Shown: piece after piece, positions 58,677-64,000 of the stretch | How positions within the stretch are numbered: position 1 is the first letter of the stretch | Layout of the letters: each line of letters opens with the position of its first letter | NCBI GenBank assembly: GCA_965205975.1 | Contig: OZ242195.1 | Span: 2,496,001 to 2,560,000, forward strand | Reading direction: 5' to 3' | DNA: 64,000 nucleotides | Source of the DNA: Candidatus Latescibacterota bacterium | GTDB lineage: Bacteria; Latescibacterota; UBA2968 | Notes under the pieces: model-generated | Database searches by the model: none | The model's input: the letters and a program-made list of their open reading frames with translations, nothing else | Told to the model about the DNA's origin: nothing | Program-made: the position numbers and the translations under genes

Positions 58677-60611
58677 ATGTCCGAAAACCATTTCATAACC
58701 ATTGCGCTTCCCGACGGTTCGACCAAAGAGATTGAGCGCGGCACAACTGTGCTACAAGTGGCCGAATCCATCGGCGCAGGCCTTGCCCGTGCAGCATTAG
58801 CCGGGCGAGTCGATGGTCGTGCTGTGGATTTGAGTTACCCGGTTGCTTCAGATGCTGCGGTTGAGATTTTGACTTTTTCCAACGATGGGGGCAAAGAGGT
58901 TTACTGGCATAGCACCGCACACGTAATGGCACAGGCCGTGCAGGATTTGTTTCCCGATGCCAAAGTAACCATTGGTCCGCCCATTGAAAATGGATTCTAC
59001 TACGATTTTGATATCGCTCGGCCGTTTACACCCGATGAACTAAAAAAAATTGAAGCGCGAATGTTGGAAATTGTCAAAGAAGACCAGACCTTTTCTCGCG
59101 AGGAAGTCTCGCGCGATGAGGCTTCCTCGCGCTTTCGTGATTTGGGTGAATCCTACAAGATCGAGCTTTTAGATGCCATTCCGCCCGATGAGACCGTGAG
59201 CATCTACAAAAATGCCAGGTGGTTTGATCTGTGCCGGGGGCCACACCTGCCGTCAACAGGGCGCATTAAGGCTATCAAGTTGTTAAACGCATCCGGAGCT
59301 TATTGGCGGGGCGATGAAAACAACAAAATGCTACAACGCATCTACGGTATCTCATTTCCCAGCAAAAAAGAATTGCAGGCATATCTCGATAAACTCGAAG
59401 AGGCCAAAAGCCGGGACCACCGCACTCTGGGCGTGCAGTTGGACCTGTATTCAATAAATGACAATGTAGGTCCAGGCCTCGTGCTCTGGCATCCTAAGGG
59501 AATGCGGATTCGGCACGAGATTGAATCATTCTGGTACAGCGCCCATTTCGACGGCGGATATGAACTCGTTGGCTCCCCTCATATTGGACGGTCCAACCTG
59601 TGGGAAACAAGCGGGCATCTGGAGTTTTTTCGCGAAAATATGTACGCGCCGATGGATGTCGATGGACAAGAATATTTCGCCAAACCCATGAATTGCCCAT
59701 TTCACAGCATGATTTACAAAAGCCGTCGTCGAAGTTATCGCGAGTTGCCATTGCGCTGGGCAGAAATGGGAACGGTTTATCGCTATGAACAGGCGGGTGC
59801 GCTACACGGACTTTTGCGGGTGCGCGGATTTACACAGGACGACGCGCATATCTTCTGCCGTCCAGACCAGGTCGAAAGCGAAATTAAACAGGCCATAGAT
59901 TTTACGCTGTTTATTCTGCGGTCATTTGGTCTCGAAGATTTTAAGATCGATATTTCCACGCGACCCGAAAAAGCCGTAGGTGATCCTCGAGATTGGGATA
60001 TGGCGACAAATGCCTTAAAGGCCGCGATAGATGCACAGGGCTTAAAATATGGCCTTGACGAAGGCGGCGGTGCATTTTACGGACCCAAAATTGACGTGCA
60101 AATTAGAGATGCACTGGGGCGTGAATGGCAGTGTTCGACAATTCAGTTTGACTTCAACCTCCCCGAGCAATTCGACCTGACTTTTGCCGGGCAAGATGGC
60201 AAGATGCACCGTCCCTATATGGTACATCGCGCACTTTTGGGGTCAATGGAACGATTTTTTGGCACACTCATCGAGCATTATGCCGGCAATTTCCCCGTGT
60301 GGTTGGCGCCTGTACAAGCTGTTATTTTACCTGTATCGGATCGTTTTATCGACTATGCGCAGCAAGTTGCCAGACTGCTTCGAAATGGCCAGGTGCGCGT
60401 TGAAGTGGATGATCAGGATGCCAAATTGGGCTACAAAATTCGAGAGGCAGAAGTTCAAAAAGTACCCTATATGCTCATTGTTGGCGCGCGAGAAGTTGAG
60501 AATGGCACGGTGTCGGTTCGCCGTCATGGACAGGGGGATTTGGGTACACTAAGCCTGGAAAATTTAATCGCGCGTATTCAGCAAGAGGTCGAATCCAAAC
60601 AGTTTTCGTAA
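58677..60611 (+). CDS. thrS: Threonyl-tRNA synthetase
   Basis: TGS domain, HSTAH, DLCRGPH, KPMNCP, RVRGFTQDDAH, FYGPKID, HRALLGS. Confidence 0.98.
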   Translation: MSENHFITIALPDGSTKEIERGTTVLQVAESIGAGLARAALAGRVDGRAVDLSYPVASDAAVEILTFSNDGGKEVYWHSTAHVMAQAVQDLFPDAKVTIGPPIENGFYYDFDIARPFTPDELKKIEARMLEIVKEDQTFSREEVSRDEASSRFRDLGESYKIELLDAIPPDETVSIYKNARWFDLCRGPHLPSTGRIKAIKLLNASGAYWRGDENNKMLQRIYGISFPSKKELQAYLDKLEEAKSRDHRTLGVQLDLYSINDNVGPGLVLWHPKGMRIRHEIESFWYSAHFDGGYELVGSPHIGRSNLWETSGHLEFFRENMYAPMDVDGQEYFAKPMNCPFHSMIYKSRRRSYRELPLRWAEMGTVYRYEQAGALHGLLRVRGFTQDDAHIFCRPDQVESEIKQAIDFTLFILRSFGLEDFKIDISTRPEKAVGDPRDWDMATNALKAAIDAQGLKYGLDEGGGAFYGPKIDVQIRDALGREWQCSTIQFDFNLPEQFDLTFAGQDGKMHRPYMVHRALLGSMERFFGTLIEHYAGNFPVWLAPVQAVILPVSDRFIDYAQQVARLLRNGQVRVEVDDQDAKLGYKIREAEVQKVPYMLIVGAREVENGTVSVRRHGQGDLGTLSLENLIARIQQEVESKQFS

Positions 60612-60660
60612 CGCACCATGCGTTTGTGAGATTCCTATATCCAACCTGGAGGTGATCGCA

Positions 60661-61203
60661 ATCAATAGAGGCTCAAGAAGTCGAGATGCCAGACGAGAAA
60701 TCGGGCCACGCGTGAATCGGCAGATTCGCATTCCACAAGTTCGCTTGATCGGTGAATCGGGAGCTCAAGTTGGTATTGTAGAAACGAGCAAAGCCCTGAC
60801 AATGGCTCAGGGAGCCGGACTTGATCTGGTCGAAGTCGCGCCAAATGCACGCCCACCTGTTTGCCGGATTATGGATTACGGTAAATACCGGTATGAGCGA
60901 GGGAAAAAAGCCAGGAAAAATCGTCAGAGTACCTCGCAATTAAAAGAAATTCGGATGCGTGTTCGTATCAGCGATCACGATTATCAATTTAAGCTCAGGC
61001 ATGCTGAGAGATTTTTGACCCAGCGCCATAAAGTGCGGATTGTTATTGAGTTTTATGGACGAGAAAATGCACATCGCGATATGGGCCGCGACTTATTGCA
61101 GCGCATTGAAGACGATTTACAGCATATTGGACAGATCGAAACTCATCCCCGCGACGAAGGGCGAAAGCTCGTGATGATTGTCGCTCCCAAATCTCAGTCG
61201 TAG
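60661..61203 (+). CDS. infC: Translation initiation factor IF-3, probable ATC start
   Basis: VRLIG..DLVEVAP..PPVCRIMDYGK; the GTG at 60652 lies inside the GGAGGTGA SD, and an in-frame ATC follows it by 5 nt. Confidence 0.93.
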   Translation: MNRGSRSRDARREIGPRVNRQIRIPQVRLIGESGAQVGIVETSKALTMAQGAGLDLVEVAPNARPPVCRIMDYGKYRYERGKKARKNRQSTSQLKEIRMRVRISDHDYQFKLRHAERFLTQRHKVRIVIEFYGRENAHRDMGRDLLQRIEDDLQHIGQIETHPRDEGRKLVMIVAPKSQS

Positions 61204-61248
61204 TCCGCTTAAACTGATCTGTGAGGCTGTTCTCATAAGGAGTTTATC

Positions 61249-61443
61249 GTGCCTAAAATGAAAACTCATAGTGGTGCCAAAAAGCGTTTCAAAAAGCGCA
61301 GTTCTGGCAAAATCAGCCGTCGCCAGGCCACCGCAGCGCACAATTTGACAAAAAAGACGAGCAAGCGCAAAAGAGGCCTCCGTCTGGCTGCTCATGTTCA
61401 CGACTCTGACCAAAGCCGCGTCAATCGCCTGCTGGCGTCTTGA
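61249..61443 (+). CDS. rpmI: 50S ribosomal protein L35
   Basis: [24 protein letters not shown]. Confidence 0.97.
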   Translation: MPKMKTHSGAKKRFKKRSSGKISRRQATAAHNLTKKTSKRKRGLRLAAHVHDSDQSRVNRLLAS

Positions 61444-61477
61444 CAGGGGTTGGTGTCACTGTTCATTGGAGATTAAA

Positions 61478-61831
61478 ATGCCGAGAGTAACCAACAGTCC
61501 TGCATCGAGACGCAGGCGAAAAAAGATTTTAAAACAAGCCAAGGGCTATCGGGGGGGGCGCAGCAAACTGCTTCGCACAGCCAGCAATGCCGTGGATCGC
61601 GCATTGCAATACGCCTATCGCGACCGCAGACAGAAGAAAAGAAACTTTAGAGCATTATGGATTGCGCGAATCAATGCTGCGGCCAGACAAAACGGATTGA
61701 CTTACAGCCGATTTATGGCGGGTCTAAAGCGCGATGGTATCGATATCAACCGCAAAGTATTGGCTAATCTGGCCGTAACCGACGCCAATGCATTTGCCGA
61801 ATTGGCCGAAAGGGTTAAGCAAAACGCCTGA
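61478..61831 (+). CDS. rplT: 50S ribosomal protein L20
   Basis: [31 protein letters not shown]. Confidence 0.97.
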   Translation: MPRVTNSPASRRRRKKILKQAKGYRGGRSKLLRTASNAVDRALQYAYRDRRQKKRNFRALWIARINAAARQNGLTYSRFMAGLKRDGIDINRKVLANLAVTDANAFAELAERVKQNA

Positions 61832-61846
61832 GTATCTCATTGATTC

Positions 61847-61886
61847 CAAAAAGCGAAATCCACACTGTGCCGGATTTCGCTTTTTG
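61847..61886 (+). terminator. Rho-independent terminator
   Basis: caaaaagcgaaatcc..ggatttcgctttttg. Confidence 0.85.
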
Positions 61887-61915
61887 CATGAGGGTGAAAT
61901 CCTCTTGGGGCGAGC

Positions 61916-61944
61916 TTGACTTTCGGATAAGATGATGTTAAATT
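61916..61944 (+). promoter_or_regulatory. Promoter candidate for zapB-zapA-rny
   Basis: TTGACT-N17-TAAATT. Confidence 0.55.
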
Positions 61945-61987
61945 GCCCCTATATTTAATAGCTTTCGATTTTTTTTAAGGAGCGGAC

Positions 61988-62428
61988 ATGGATATTAATC
62001 CCTGGACAGTGAGAAATGCGAAAGAAGAAGAGGAGGTAGAAGAAGTGGATGGCAACGCCGAGGCATCCGAAGAGACTGAAGACGCTGAAGAAGTAGAGGA
62101 AGTGGATGAGGAAGTAGCTCTGATGGATATTAACGCTGGGGCAGTGGCGGAGGGGGTAGATCGGCTCGTTGAAGCAATCAATAACGCCATTGCAACCATT
62201 GAAGATTTGCGTCGTGAAAATGCCGAATTGAAGCAACAGAGTCAGGCATTGCAGTCAGATATATCGCGCCTTGAAGAAGAGCGAGTGGCTCTGCGTAGCG
62301 AGCGGGACCGACTGCAAGACATTTACGACGACAATGTGCTTCTAATAGACAATAAGGCGGAAATCCTGGATAAGGTCGAGGCGATGTTGCAGCGCCTCAA
62401 TTCTTTAAACCCCGAAAAAAATGAGTGA
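61988..62428 (+). CDS. ZapB-like coiled-coil protein with acidic N-terminal extension
   Basis: AIATIEDLRRENAELK heptads, KVEAMLQRL tail; position upstream of zapA; AAGGAG RBS. Confidence 0.7.
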   Translation: MDINPWTVRNAKEEEEVEEVDGNAEASEETEDAEEVEEVDEEVALMDINAGAVAEGVDRLVEAINNAIATIEDLRRENAELKQQSQALQSDISRLEEERVALRSERDRLQDIYDDNVLLIDNKAEILDKVEAMLQRLNSLNPEKNE

Positions 62429-62706
62429 TGTCTGTTTTGTCCGACGTGCGCGTTCAGATATTTGGCTCAGAATATCGCATTGCCAGTGAAACTGATCCCG
62501 AACACATTCGCAAGGTGGCGAGTTACATCGATCAGAAAATGCGAGAAATAGCCAGTGCCCTTGCACTCCGCACCAGATCAACAGTAGCTGTATTGACGGC
62601 TGTGAATTTGGCTGATGAGCTTTTTAAGATTGAGGAAGAAGATCGCCGAGTTGATCGGCTTTCACGCGAGAAAGCCGATCAACTCGCAGACTCAGTCAAC
62701 CTTTAA
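62428..62706 (+). CDS. zapA: Cell division protein ZapA
   Basis: VQIFGSEY..VASYIDQKM..AVLTAVNLADEL; TGATG coupling. Confidence 0.92.
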   Translation: MSVLSDVRVQIFGSEYRIASETDPEHIRKVASYIDQKMREIASALALRTRSTVAVLTAVNLADELFKIEEEDRRVDRLSREKADQLADSVNL

Positions 62707-62841
62707 CTCACGAGCGGAAGTGAGTAAATCGCACAATGCGAGTGTGAGACAAGCTATCTCACGGGATTGTGAACCCCGCCGCGTTTGTCCTTAATAGTGA
62801 GCACAAGCGCAGTGGGGATTTCTTTTACAATGGAGAAAGTC

Positions 62842-64000
62842 ATGGAAATCGTATCTGTGATTGTCCTATCTACCGGGCTGTTGGTGCTGGGATTTGTTGT
62901 GGGATGGCTGATGTGCAGTAAAATTGCTCACAAGAGATTTTATCGCACCGATGCCACAATCGAACAAATTTTGGAAGATGCTCGAAGAGAGGCAGAAACT
63001 GAAAAACGCACCGCGCTTTTAGAAGCTAAAGATCAGATTTATCACGAGCGCGTACAAGCCGAAAAAACACTGGAAGACCGCAACAGTGAAGTGGAACGCA
63101 AAGAAGAAGAGTTAGATCGCATGTCAAACGAGCTAAATCGGCGTGCAGATCTGCTCAACCACAAAGCTGGACAAATGGAAGAATTGGAACAAAAATTGGT
63201 ACAACAGCAAGACGAACTATCCGTAAAAGAGCTGGAATTGGAAGCGATTTTAGAGGCTCAAAATACGCGATTAGAACGCATTGCGGCCCTGACGCGCCAT
63301 CAGGCCAAACGCGAATTGATGGAAAATTTGGAGGCCGAAGCCCAGCGCGAAGTCGCCTGGCGCTTAAAAGAAATTCGGGAAGACGCACAAGCGCGGGCCA
63401 GTGATGAAGCGCGAGAGATTATCGCAAGCGCGATTCAGAGATTGGCAGTCGATTACACGGTAGAATCAACGGTAACAGTTGTCGAGTTGCCAGCCGATGA
63501 AATGAAAGGCCGAATAATCGGGCGCGAAGGGCGCAATATTCGATCTTTTGAGATGTGTACTGGCGTAGATGTGATTGTTGATGATACCCCCAAAGCCGTG
63601 GTGCTGTCCGGGTTTGATCCCATTCGCCGCGCAATTGCCAAGACGGCTTTGGAGGACCTTGTAATGGATGGACGCATTCATCCGGGTCGAATCGAAGAAG
63701 TGGTCAAAAAATCGCGAGAAAATATGCACGAATTGATTCGACAAGCGGGTGAAGAGGCCATCTTTGACATGGGAGTGCCCGGCCTGCACGACCGTCTGAT
63801 CGAATGTCTTGGGCGATTAAAATTCCGGACGAGCTATGGACAAAATATGTTAAACCACAGCAAAGAGGTCGCTTTTTTAGCCGGGATGATGGCCACTCAT
63901 TTGGGGCTGGATGCACAACTTGCCAAACGCGCCGGTTTGCTGCATGATATCGGCCAGGGAATCAGCCACGAATTTGAAGGTACACCTGGACAAAATGGTG
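62842..64000 (+). CDS. rny: Ribonuclease Y (3'-truncated by the window; absent from the ORF track)
   Basis: N-terminal TM, coiled coil, KH motif DEMKGRIIGREGRNIR, IHPGRIEE, SYGQN, GLLHDIG; GGAG RBS. Confidence 0.95.
   Translation, partial: MEIVSVIVLSTGLLVLGFVVGWLMCSKIAHKRFYRTDATIEQILEDARREAETEKRTALLEAKDQIYHERVQAEKTLEDRNSEVERKEEELDRMSNELNRRADLLNHKAGQMEELEQKLVQQQDELSVKELELEAILEAQNTRLERIAALTRHQAKRELMENLEAEAQREVAWRLKEIREDAQARASDEAREIIASAIQRLAVDYTVESTVTVVELPADEMKGRIIGREGRNIRSFEMCTGVDVIVDDTPKAVVLSGFDPIRRAIAKTALEDLVMDGRIHPGRIEEVVKKSRENMHELIRQAGEEAIFDMGVPGLHDRLIECLGRLKFRTSYGQNMLNHSKEVAFLAGMMATHLGLDAQLAKRAGLLHDIGQGISHEFEGTPGQNG

Noticed and set aside
1..64000. CRISPR array, tRNA, rRNA
   Set aside because: No regularly spaced repeat-spacer units, cloverleaf or rRNA-like tract seen in any intergenic gap by eye.

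Overview
Gene-dense bacterial window. The gene content (PhyH-HEAT fusion, sulfatase, 'DFDGSGIVDFPDF' repeat protein, paired large ABC permeases) suggests an uncultured Latescibacterota/Gemmatimonadota-like lineage; this is inference only. Left to right: an AT-rich glycosyltransferase cluster; two ABC permeases; a tnpB-only IS200/IS605 element inserted in the last codons of a GH13 gene; a tandem glnK-amtB duplication; and a small defence-like region (MmeI-like RM enzyme with a 3' frameshift, HNH fusion plus ART-like gene, AAA ATPase plus PIN pair). Next come a triple Rid-like protein, a plant-galacturonokinase-like kinase with a nucleotidyltransferase, and an unassigned ~340-nt structured transcript with its own promoter and terminator (about 34085-34424, minus strand). 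The rest holds carbohydrate/oxidoreductase genes with several lesions, a STAS-wHTH/nurA/hicBA/HAS/herA operon with a palindromic operator candidate, queE, and the thrS-infC-rpmI-rplT, zapB-zapA-rny block. No CRISPR array, tRNA or rRNA was seen. All family calls are from motifs read by eye; no database search was run.
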